From positions 800,001 through 864,000 of the forward strand of contig CAWGMQ010000007.1 of the NCBI GenBank assembly GCA_963823665.1: a DNA stretch of 64,000 nt, written 5' to 3'. A program made the translations under genes and the position numbers. The notes beneath the pieces are model-generated. The model did no database searches and had not been told where the DNA came from. It saw nothing but the letters and a program-made list of their open reading frames with translations. Shown in pieces: positions 55,545 to 64,000 of this stretch; position 1 is the first letter of the stretch, and the number at the start of each line of letters is the position of its first letter. Origin of the DNA: an uncultured Planctomycetota bacterium (GTDB taxonomy: Bacteria; Planctomycetota; Planctomycetia; Isosphaerales; Isosphaeraceae).

Positions 55545-56075
55545 TCAAATCGAAGAACGGGCTCGGGGAAGCAGCCCGTGAAGCTCTTCAAGGATTCGCA
55601 CCACGCCGCTGCCCATTGGCGAATGGAGCAGTTCGTACAGTTTGGATATCAGCTCCCCCTCACGTAGATAGAGCGATTCGTGCCCGTTGGTCCTGGCCGG
55701 GATCTCTGACTCGACCGCGAATCGCGATTCTTCCGCCGTCGCCAAGGAGACCGGCTTCACACCCGCACCGTTGGGAATCGACAAAGGGCCTCCTTCAGCG
55801 GGCACCCAATCATAAACGCCGCGGATCCGACGGTTGGGCTGCCTCTCCAGGTGGGACGCAACCGGCTCGGCTACTTCTTCGAATCCCAGGAGATCCTCCA
55901 TGGGAACCTCCAAAGCCACCGCGATCCGACGTAGCGTGCCGGCACGAGGCAGACCCGTCTTGCCGCTCTCGATCTGGTAGAGGGCAGTCCGGGAAATCTC
56001 GGCCCGGTTGGCTAGCTCATCGGGACCCCAGCCCTTGGCGTACCGAATATCGCGTACTCTCTGCGCTAACGACAT
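55545..56075 (-). CDS. XRE/HTH_3 transcriptional regulator
   Basis: 'LAQRVRDIRYAKGWGPDELANRAEISRTALYQIESGKT..PR..TL.RIA.AL.V...DLL'. Confidence 0.9.
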   Translation of the reverse strand: MSLAQRVRDIRYAKGWGPDELANRAEISRTALYQIESGKTGLPRAGTLRRIAVALEVPMEDLLGFEEVAEPVASHLERQPNRRIRGVYDWVPAEGGPLSIPNGAGVKPVSLATAEESRFAVESEIPARTNGHESLYLREGELISKLYELLHSPMGSGVVRILEELHGLLPRARSSI

Positions 56076-56543
56076 CGAAGAGTCTCCTCAACGCTGAGGT
56101 CCAGGGAAATTCGTCCATGCCCTTCCGATCCGCAATTCGTCGCTGGCGTCAAAGACCCGAGCATTTCCGCGAACGTGGTCACAAAAAGCGTGATCGGATT
56201 TCTAAAAGCTAACAAATCATAGCATTCCACGTCAAGCCAGTTCAACAGGAAAAAAAAGGCCATCGATCTCGCCAAAGCCCAGAACAGCGTAACTGACATT
56301 GGTCAAGTCACTTAACGCAGATCGTTCCTTATTTGAGCGGACCTCGATTCACACCGGATTAAGCAAGATCGCACGTTTTGAAAGGGTGAAAACTTTGCAA
56401 ACAAACTGTGAGCGAATGCGATGACCGGAGCGCGGACGTGCGGTAGCCGACTCTCCGGTTCGGTACGAATCGGATCGATTGAATGACGTGATAACGCGAG
56501 CTTGCCGGCGAAAGCCGGCTGAGGAAAGGGGGAGCGGCGGAGG

Positions 56544-56803
56544 TTACGAGGCGCTCTCGAGCTCCTTGAGGATGGTGACCAGCATGGCAGGGTCGCGGTG
56601 CTCGATGAGCTCGGCGATTCGCGGCTCGGGGAATTCGAGCTTCCGGAGGCTCAATTCGACCTGAGCCCAGAGGCGATCCTTTTTTTACCCTCGGCGAGGT
56701 AGAGATCGGTGGCCAGCTCGGCGAGGCGCTGGCACTTGATGGCGTCGAAGTTCTTGTAGTATCGTTCGATGATTTTGCGCTGATACGGCGTGTGGTCGGC
56801 CAT
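56544..56803 (-). CDS. Small hypothetical protein; frameshift in an A7 run at 56680-56686
   Basis: Adding one A gives MADHTPYQRKIIERYYKNFDAIKCQRLAELATDLYLAEGKKKDRLWAQVELSLRKLEFPEPRIAELIEHRDPAMLVTILKELESAS. Confidence 0.75.
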
Positions 56804-57009
56804 GGATATGCCCTCGTTGCGTTCGGCGTCGGCGCCACATTCTCCCGTGGTGAAGTGTTTTTCCGCAAGCCGGTAGCCGCGCGGCATCCTGCTGGTTGAG
56901 GCCTGTGGGGCTTGACCGGGAGGGCCGCGTCGCGAGGAGTCGCTTCGCGGCCCACCCGCAAAAGGGAAGGCGGACGACCACCGAGGCGGCGTCGCCGGCG
57001 GAGGTCCTC

Positions 57010-58591
57010 TCAGCTTGCGAGATCCTCCATGCTGTGCCTGAGGCGGACGGGGATCTTCGTCTGCTCAACATGCTCAGGTTCGCTGCGATCGATTGCGACG
57101 ACGGGTCGCACCTTCACCTTGACGGCGTCGACGTTGGCTTTGTGGCCGACCGCTGCCAGGGCCGGGGTGTAGTCGACCTTGACCTTGGCGATGCCGTGGG
57201 CGTCGGGGTTTCTGGACGCGAGCACCACCGGTGTGTTCGAGACCGAGATGACGGTCGAGGGATTCTTGCGCCTCGATCTTGGAAAGTGCCTTGTAGAAGG
57301 AGAGGTTGCCCATCTTCTTCTTGAGGATTCCGAAGGCGCGGGCCGAGTCGGGAATGTTGAGCACTTCCTTCTGCGACTCGAAGGTTTGTCCGGTTTTGAG
57401 CTCGCCGGTGAGGGTGGCGGTGGTCAAGCCGAATGGAAGGTTCAACTGGTCGGCCACGAAGACGTAGGTTTCAAACGGGAACTCGTCTCGCTTGACTTTC
57501 CGGTGGATGACGGCGACGGCATGCGCACCATTGAGCTCGACCGAGGCGGGATTGATTTCGCTCACGGGGAAGCCGGAGGTGCCGAAGACATACACCCGGA
57601 CGAGATCGCGGTGGTTGGTGTCGATGATGCGGTGTTCATGCGGGTTGATCAAGATGGGCGGCGAAGGTGGAGGATTTGGGGGGACAACGGTCGCCTGGGC
57701 CAGTGTGAACGTGTTCTCGGGGAAGTACGAGTCGCTGATGCCGCCGTCGTGGAGTGAGAGGCCGAATGCCCCGATTCCGATCGTGCTCGTGGACGTGAGT
57801 GGATGGCCGGTCTCTTCCTGGTAGAGTTGCGAGAAATTAGTGATCGAGAACTCGAGGTTCGGGTGGGCTGCCTGATTGGCGAGATAGACGTTGCCCGTGT
57901 TGTTCGGGAGCATGGTGGAGAACGTCGGGATGCCCGTCTGCGGATTGATGGAATTGGGGATCGCGATCGCCACCTGATATGGCTTAGGTGCCAGGGGGTT
58001 GGGCGCCGGAGAAGGCGACATGTTTGGCGGGAGCGGGGGCTGGGTTGGCGAGAAACCCGCAACGATGTCGGGCACGCCGGCACCGGTCAGGTCGAGAAAG
58101 GCGGCCATCTGGATATCCTGGCCTTCGAGCGCCGGGTATTCGTTGAAGAGTGGGTCGAGCGCCAGAACGGCGGGATTGACATTTCCGGCGTTGCCATTAT
58201 CATCCGCATCCCCGGCGATCACCGACTCTGAAGAAGGGTTGGACGGATCGGCGGGGGGTTGGTTCAGCCCGATGCTCAATGTGTCGTCCGCGGCGTCGTA
58301 TGACACGCGGATCTCCGAGATGGCGTAACCCGACGTCTTGATGAGACTCGCAAAGGGCGGTGGGATGATGGGCAGCGTGATTGGAGTCGTGCTGTTCGAG
58401 GCGTTGAAAATAACGACGCCTGGGGATTCTGTAGCGGGAAAATCGATTGGAACATTTCCGGTGAAGTTAACGCTGAGCAGTCGCCGATGATCTAACTGTT
58501 CCATAGCCACGACGGAGCGCTTGGCGGACTTGTGGCCGTCACGGCGCCGCCACGCTCTGGCGGCTTGGAGCAGCTTGGTGATCAAGAACAT
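57010..58591 (-). CDS. Exported protein with planctomycete N-terminal motif; probable frameshift at ~57265
   Basis: 'KRSVVAMEQLDHRRLLS' motif; ORF 57074-58591 continues plausibly into 57010-57228. Confidence 0.75.
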
Positions 58592-58860
58592 TTCCCCTCA
58601 TCCTTTCTTGACGACTCCGCTCCCGAGCGGAACGGCGGTCTACAGGGAAGCGGCGCCTGGGGACTCAGTGAACGAGTCGCCGAGACCCAGGAGAAACCGC
58701 TGTCTGAACCAGATTGCCGAGTCGTCCGTCCGATGACGGTCGCCTTTGAAGTCCTGTTCGTGCTCGAATTGGAATAGCGTGTTCGTACCCAGCCAACCCT
58801 CGGTACTAGAGGGAGCGGACAAACTGGGGCGAGTGAGCAAACAGAGGAAGGAGCCTCGAC

Positions 58861-59727
58861 ATGGCTGGCCGAACGGTGTTCCGCTCTTGCTTGGTACTGG
58901 CCGTGCTCTTTGGAGCGCGGTCCGTCTTCGCGGACCCAATCACCTTTACCGGGAACGTTGCCAACGATTTTAATCCGACGACTAACCCGGGTGTCGTGGT
59001 CATCACGGACAGTCTTCACCAGAACGACCCTGCGCACATCGCCCAGCCCGCGTGGATGACGAATGAGGGTCTCGTCTCGGGCTGGAACATCAAGGATGTC
59101 CGCCTGGACTACAACGCGGCCACGGACACGATGTATGTGGGAGTCAATACGTACGGCGTCGCCGGCGACGTTTACGGAGGCGGCACGCCGCCGCCGGGGA
59201 CGCCGAACGTCGGCAGCAACCCGGCCAACTTCGGCGGTGACAAGGCAATGGCTGTCGCATTCGCCCCGCTCTCCGGCGCGTTCAGCACGTTCAATCTTCC
59301 CACGCCCGTGATTGTCGCGGGTGTTTCCGGAGACAAAGCACAGACCGGGACAGGTCTCGACGGGTTTACCGTCGCGAAGTATGCGGGAGGAACAGGCCCC
59401 GGCAACCTCGACCTGGTGACCGGGTTCGGTCAAACGCTCGCGAACGGGGGAAACCTCGCCTTCAATCCCGACGCTCAACATCCCGGCTTTGAGTTCACGA
59501 TCACGAATTTCAGCCAGCTCTTGGGTGCCAACCCGGCGAACGGTCTGGTGGTGATGACCCAAGACGGTTCGACGAGTGCGGTCACGTTCGGCAAAGACGA
59601 ACTGGTCGGTGTCGTGCCTCAGTTCGAGGCGCAGCAAATCCCCGAACCGACCACCTGGATGGTGTGGGCGGGCCTGGCCGGCGCGCTCGCCTGGCGGCGA
59701 ATTCGCTCGCGACGAGCCAGCGCTTGA
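58861..59727 (+). CDS. PEP-CTERM protein
   Basis: Signal '...ARSVFA|DP'; C-terminus 'IPEPTTWMVWAGLAGALAWRRIRSRR'. Confidence 0.9.
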   Translation: MAGRTVFRSCLVLAVLFGARSVFADPITFTGNVANDFNPTTNPGVVVITDSLHQNDPAHIAQPAWMTNEGLVSGWNIKDVRLDYNAATDTMYVGVNTYGVAGDVYGGGTPPPGTPNVGSNPANFGGDKAMAVAFAPLSGAFSTFNLPTPVIVAGVSGDKAQTGTGLDGFTVAKYAGGTGPGNLDLVTGFGQTLANGGNLAFNPDAQHPGFEFTITNFSQLLGANPANGLVVMTQDGSTSAVTFGKDELVGVVPQFEAQQIPEPTTWMVWAGLAGALAWRRIRSRRASA

Positions 59728-60224
59728 CGATTTCCTTCTCGCCACCATGAGCATAAACGCATCCCTGCGCAACCCGGCGGATGTTCCACGGTACCGCCGT
59801 TTTGATTAAATCGGCCTCGTACGACGAGCAGTGCGGCCGATTTGGCATCGAGAGGCGCCGTCTTCCCTCCCGTCCCCACTTCCCAGATTAATCGCATCCA
59901 ATCTTTCGACCCTCATTGCCGGCAGCACGCGAAGAAGCGGGCGAGCACGGCGCGACGGTCATGCGGGTTTGACGGGTTCTGCCGATGGTCGCGAACGCAC
60001 CGACATCAAGATGCTCGCATCATTTTTCCGGACCGGCATCTTCACATTGATTTACGGATTCGATCGCGTTATGCTTCAATGTGGAGTGGTGCGTGCGCGC
60101 CGTAGGCTCAAGCGGACGTCGACTCATCCACCGGACGGTGCAGACCATGAGAGAGGGCTTCGCGGCAGACGGGCAACGCCAGGCACGGTCGTGTGCTCCT
60201 GCGGCTCTGAATCAAGGGGCGTTG

Positions 60225-60755
60225 ATGCCCCGAGTTCATGCTGGCGGACCCGACGGCGCGCGGCTGGTGATCATCGGTCGGGAGCGTTGCACGAGCTCGA
60301 AGCTTCGGCGTCGCGCCGCTGTTCGCCTTGCGTTCGTCGCGGCGATCGCGATGGGTGGAGCGTGGGTTGCGCGCGGCATCGTGGCGCGCGGGGAAACGGA
60401 CGATCGGCATGGCGCAGCCCAAACGGCAGTTGCCCACCGGGGTGAACCCGACTCGCCCGTCGGCGACGCCCGAGCGGGGGGTCATTCTCCCCACCGGTGG
60501 CACAAGCGTCTTCACAAGTTTCCCAAGAGGATCGCGGCCAACGACCCTAGCGACGACGGGACGTCGAGAGACCCCGACGACGAAGACGACGACGCATCGG
60601 ACGACCTGACCTGCGACGACGACACGGAAGTGACGGTTGTAGCCTGCCTCGGCGATGTTGCACTCTACGTAATCGCCACGGAAAGTGCAGGAGGCACGTC
60701 CCGGATCGAACCCCATTCTCCGCTCTTCCTGACGCTGCAACGGTTCCGTTGTTGA
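60225..60755 (+). CDS. Hypothetical His/Asp-rich protein upstream of the RND operon (start uncertain)
   Basis: Hydrophobic segment, 'HSPHRWHKRLH', acidic tract 'DPDDEDDDASDD', ends 'PLFLTLQRFRC'. Confidence 0.5.
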   Translation: MPRVHAGGPDGARLVIIGRERCTSSKLRRRAAVRLAFVAAIAMGGAWVARGIVARGETDDRHGAAQTAVAHRGEPDSPVGDARAGGHSPHRWHKRLHKFPKRIAANDPSDDGTSRDPDDEDDDASDDLTCDDDTEVTVVACLGDVALYVIATESAGGTSRIEPHSPLFLTLQRFRC

Positions 60756-61254
60756 GCCACCGTCAAGCCAGCCTCACCTCGACCGACGACGTCGATTTGG
60801 TTGCTGAGCCGCGCGTTTGACGGACAAGTGGCGCGCTTCGACGTGCGCAGGGTATGCCCCATCCAGCTCGGGAAAATCCCCCCTGCTGGGTAGGAGCGCC
60901 GGCGCCCGCCAGCGCTCGAACACAATGTCCTGACCAGCGTTGCGGTGCTCCGACGTCGCGGTGTTGGCAGCTAGAGCCGTCACGCTCTGAAGCGCTTGGC
61001 TATCCGAGACACAGGGGCTGGCGGGAGCCACCTCGTGCTTCGTGGCTACAACCGTGTCGAACCACCGTTCAATTCACTCGCCGCTGGTGGACGCCGCCCA
61101 ACGCGCGGCGCTCGCCGGACCACAAGGCCGCAGCCCAAGTCACCCCAATCCGAGTGCACAAAATGATCAATACCGAACAAGACCATGAATTGCTCCATGC
61201 TCAAGGTGACGCGCACCTCATCCCAGCGGCGGCGGCTCCGCGGCGCCGCGGAAA

Positions 61255-62856
61255 ATGGGCTTCGGCCAGAAAGCCGTCGTCGCGCTGCTTTTGACCGTCG
61301 TCCTGGTCCCGCCGCTTCTCGGTTTTTACAGCTACTTCTCGGGTATTCCATTCCATTTGCTTGCCTCCGCCAAGAAGGACGACAAGGATGGAGACAACAG
61401 CTCCTCGTCGCTGGCCTCTGGCGTCGCACTGGTCTCGGGCAGCAGCCACACGCTGGAGGTTCCGGAGGAGGTCACCACCACCCTGGGAATTGCCAAGGGC
61501 GGCCACGACTCGATCGCGATCGCGCAGCCTCCGAAGATGATGCGGCCGCTTGTGCTTCCTGGCTCCACGCGGTTCGATCCCGCCCGCCTGGACCGAATTC
61601 GCGCTCGTTTTGCTCCGGCCAGAGTCGTTCAACTGGCCCAGATCCAGGATCGCTCCCCCAAGAACGGATTCACCGAGTACCGCGACCTGCGGCCCGGCGA
61701 CCCCGTCCTCAAGGGCGATCTCCTGGCCACTTTCTACAGTGTCGACGTGGGCTCGAAGAAGAACGATCTCCTCGACGCCCTGGTGCAAGAGGAGCTGGAC
61801 CAGAAGATCTTGGACGCGGCCGAGAAACACGACCAAGCTGTTCCACCGGTCTTCATGCTCACTTACGAGCGCGCAGTGCAAGGCGACCGCAACGCCATCA
61901 GCCGGGCCCTCAACAACCTGAGGTTGTGGGATATTCCGCAGGACGAGATCGACTCGCTGCACGACGAAGCGAAGAAGATCTGCGCCGACAAGAAGTCGTG
62001 GCTGAAAACCCCGGAGGGCCAGTGGGTCAGGGGCGTGAAACAAGCCAACGGAAAGATCGCTTTTCCTCACAATGACACGGAAAATCCCTGGGGCAAGGTG
62101 ACCCTGCGCGCCGACCGGGACGGCATTGTTGTCGAAAGCAACGTCGTCACTGGCGAGATGGTGGTTGACAACACGGTCAACCTGTTTCAGATCGCCGACG
62201 TGAGCCGGCTGCAGGTCGTCGCCAACTGCCCCGAGGATTCCTTGCCGGCCCTCGAGTCGCTCCACCGCGGACAACGGAAGTGGACGGTGCGAACGGTGAG
62301 CGCGCCCCAGGATGCGGGGCTGCCCGGAACGATCGACGAGATCGGTTTCATGATCGATCCCAATCAGCACACGGCGGTGATCAAGGGGTATATGGTCAAC
62401 CCAGGGCAACGAATCCGGGCGGGCCAGTACATCACTGCCACAGTGGAGATTCCCCCGCCAGACGACGTGGTTGAGATTCCCACCGATGCTCTCCTTGAGG
62501 ATGGCCTGCAGAGCGTGGTGTTTGTGCAGCCTGATCCGGCGGTGCACAAATTCGCCATGCGGCGCGTGCAGGTTACCCATCGCTTCGAAAAGTCGGTATT
62601 CGTTCGGTCTTCGCCCATCCCGAGCGGAGAGCAATTGACGGACCGCGAAGCCGACGAGGGGCTCTTGGCCAAGGAGCCCCTCAAGTCCGGCGAGCGCGTC
62701 CTTCTATCGGGTGCGGTGGAGCTCAAGGCCGCCCTGCTGGAGCTCGAGTCGCGACCGGTGACAAGTTCCGCAGACAAGCTCGCCCGGGCGAAAGCACCGG
62801 CGGCGGCGGGCGTCGAGTCGCCACCCGAAGGTACGCCGAAAGCGGGCAAGGGCTGA
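61255..62856 (+). CDS. RND efflux periplasmic adaptor (CzcB/CusB-like); may start at 61163 with a frameshift
   Basis: N-terminal TM; 'GDPV.KGDLLA', 'DGIVVE.NV..GE.V', 'LFQIADVSRL.V.AN..E', 'IDPNQHT'. Confidence 0.88.
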   Translation: MGFGQKAVVALLLTVVLVPPLLGFYSYFSGIPFHLLASAKKDDKDGDNSSSSLASGVALVSGSSHTLEVPEEVTTTLGIAKGGHDSIAIAQPPKMMRPLVLPGSTRFDPARLDRIRARFAPARVVQLAQIQDRSPKNGFTEYRDLRPGDPVLKGDLLATFYSVDVGSKKNDLLDALVQEELDQKILDAAEKHDQAVPPVFMLTYERAVQGDRNAISRALNNLRLWDIPQDEIDSLHDEAKKICADKKSWLKTPEGQWVRGVKQANGKIAFPHNDTENPWGKVTLRADRDGIVVESNVVTGEMVVDNTVNLFQIADVSRLQVVANCPEDSLPALESLHRGQRKWTVRTVSAPQDAGLPGTIDEIGFMIDPNQHTAVIKGYMVNPGQRIRAGQYITATVEIPPPDDVVEIPTDALLEDGLQSVVFVQPDPAVHKFAMRRVQVTHRFEKSVFVRSSPIPSGEQLTDREADEGLLAKEPLKSGERVLLSGAVELKAALLELESRPVTSSADKLARAKAPAAAGVESPPEGTPKAGKG

Positions 62857-62894
62857 AAAAAGAAGGTTGACTCTCGATCTCGGGAAACGTCTCC

Positions 62895-64000
62895 ATGATT
62901 CGCAAGCTTATCGCGTGGGCTCTCGACAACCCGCTCGTGGTCATCCTCCTCGCCATCTTTCTGGCGGCGATCGGCGTCAGCTCGTTCTTGAACGTCAACG
63001 TCGAAGCCTATCCCGACCCCGCTCCGGCCATCGTCGAAGTGCTCGCTCTCTTCCCCGGCGCATCCGCCGAGGAGGTCGAGCGCCAGGTCACCGTCCCCCT
63101 CGAGGTGACGTTCTATTCCATGCCCGGGCTGAAGAAGATCAACAGCAAATCGCTCTTCGGCCTCTCCGACCTCAAGATGACCTGGAACTACGGCAGTGAG
63201 TTCACGTACCAGACGGCCCGCCAGGAAGTGATCAACCGCATCGCCACGATGTCCCAGCCGCTGCCGGCCAACGTGACGCCGGTGATCTCCCCGGAATCAC
63301 CCACCGGCGAGATCTTCCGCTACGTCCTCAAAGTCCCCAAGGAAAAGTCCGGCAAAGAGGTCTACACGCTCAACGACATCAAGGCCATGCAGGACTGGGT
63401 GCTGGAGCGTGAGTTCCGGAAGGTGCCGCGGATCGTGGACATCACGAGCTTTGGGGGCACAGTGCGGCGGTACGAGGTTCAGCCCGACCCCGACCGACTG
63501 AGGCGCTACGGCATCACCCTGCCTCAGCTCCAGGCGACCCTGAACAACGCCAACGCCACGGTGGGCGGCGACTACATCAACCCGGGTCAGGTTGCCATGA
63601 CGGTTCGGAGCGTCGGGCTCTTCGGCGGCGCTCTCGACCCGGTGAACAAGGTCCTGGGGATGACGAACCCGACCGCCGCCGCCGCGACGCTCCGCGCAGA
63701 GGAAGTGCGGCGGATCATGGAAATCCGCAGCCTGGTGATCACGTCGATCAACAACCTGCCGATCCGCGTCGAAGACGTGGTCGAGGGGGGACGGCTGCTG
63801 CCCGAGCAGTTGGCCGGGGAAAAAGGCGTGGTCGTTGCCTACCAGACCCGCCTGGGGCGGATCGGCTACTACAGCGCCGACCACGAGCGACCCTCCCAGT
63901 CACCCCTTTCTCTCAAGGACGTCGGCCACGACGACGACGATCGGGTGACGTGCATCGTCCTTCTCCGCAAAGGCGAGGAGACGTGGCCGGCCCTCAAAGA
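62895..64000 (+). CDS. CusA/CzcA-family RND permease, 5' part (runs off the window; absent from the ORF track)
   Basis: MIRKLIAWALDNPLVV...NVEAYPDPAP..VEV...PGASAEEVERQVTVPLE...SKSLFGLS...SPTGEIFRY...QDWVLEREFRKVP. Confidence 0.92.
   Translation, partial: MIRKLIAWALDNPLVVILLAIFLAAIGVSSFLNVNVEAYPDPAPAIVEVLALFPGASAEEVERQVTVPLEVTFYSMPGLKKINSKSLFGLSDLKMTWNYGSEFTYQTARQEVINRIATMSQPLPANVTPVISPESPTGEIFRYVLKVPKEKSGKEVYTLNDIKAMQDWVLEREFRKVPRIVDITSFGGTVRRYEVQPDPDRLRRYGITLPQLQATLNNANATVGGDYINPGQVAMTVRSVGLFGGALDPVNKVLGMTNPTAAAATLRAEEVRRIMEIRSLVITSINNLPIRVEDVVEGGRLLPEQLAGEKGVVVAYQTRLGRIGYYSADHERPSQSPLSLKDVGHDDDDRVTCIVLLRKGEETWPALK

Noticed and set aside
56080..57000. tRNA, riboswitch or other ncRNA in the intergenic stretches
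   Set aside because: Only a GC-rich imperfect hairpin near 56918-56958; no recognisable conserved RNA motif. No rRNA or tRNA was seen anywhere in the window.

Overview
GC-rich bacterial window, almost certainly from a planctomycete (Isosphaeraceae-like, by inference). Markers are a DUF1501 + PSD1/cytochrome-c pair, several proteins with the planctomycete N-terminal 'E.LE.R.LLS' export motif, and a kinase-associated ECF sigma factor. 1-21010 is the 3' part of one giant (>7000 aa) repetitive surface protein split by four single-base frameshifts. 21.0-26.4 kb is a patchwork: a truncated ECF sigma, an exported protein, a decayed RAYT/Y1 transposase in a repeat field, a group II intron 5' remnant and a TIR/SEFIR-TM-TPR receptor-like gene. 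The best candidate new system is at 28.8-44.5 kb. It has three tandem signal-peptide-bearing TPR-CHAT (caspase-like) proteases, each with a PDZ-like domain inside the protease region. They follow a membrane Ser/Thr kinase whose outer domain carries the same 'V[TE]RG[KT]G[AS]KAR' motif as the protease tails, and a G1 glutamic peptidase and an ECF sigma factor lie next to them. The rest holds DUF1501/PSD1, an AraC module with a duplicated regulatory cassette, a TPR-sulfotransferase, an XRE regulator, a divergent paralog pair using two different surface-targeting signals, and the start of a CzcB/CzcA-like RND operon. About 13 single-base frameshifts in otherwise intact genes are probably long-read assembly errors. 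All calls come from reading motifs by eye; no database searches were run.
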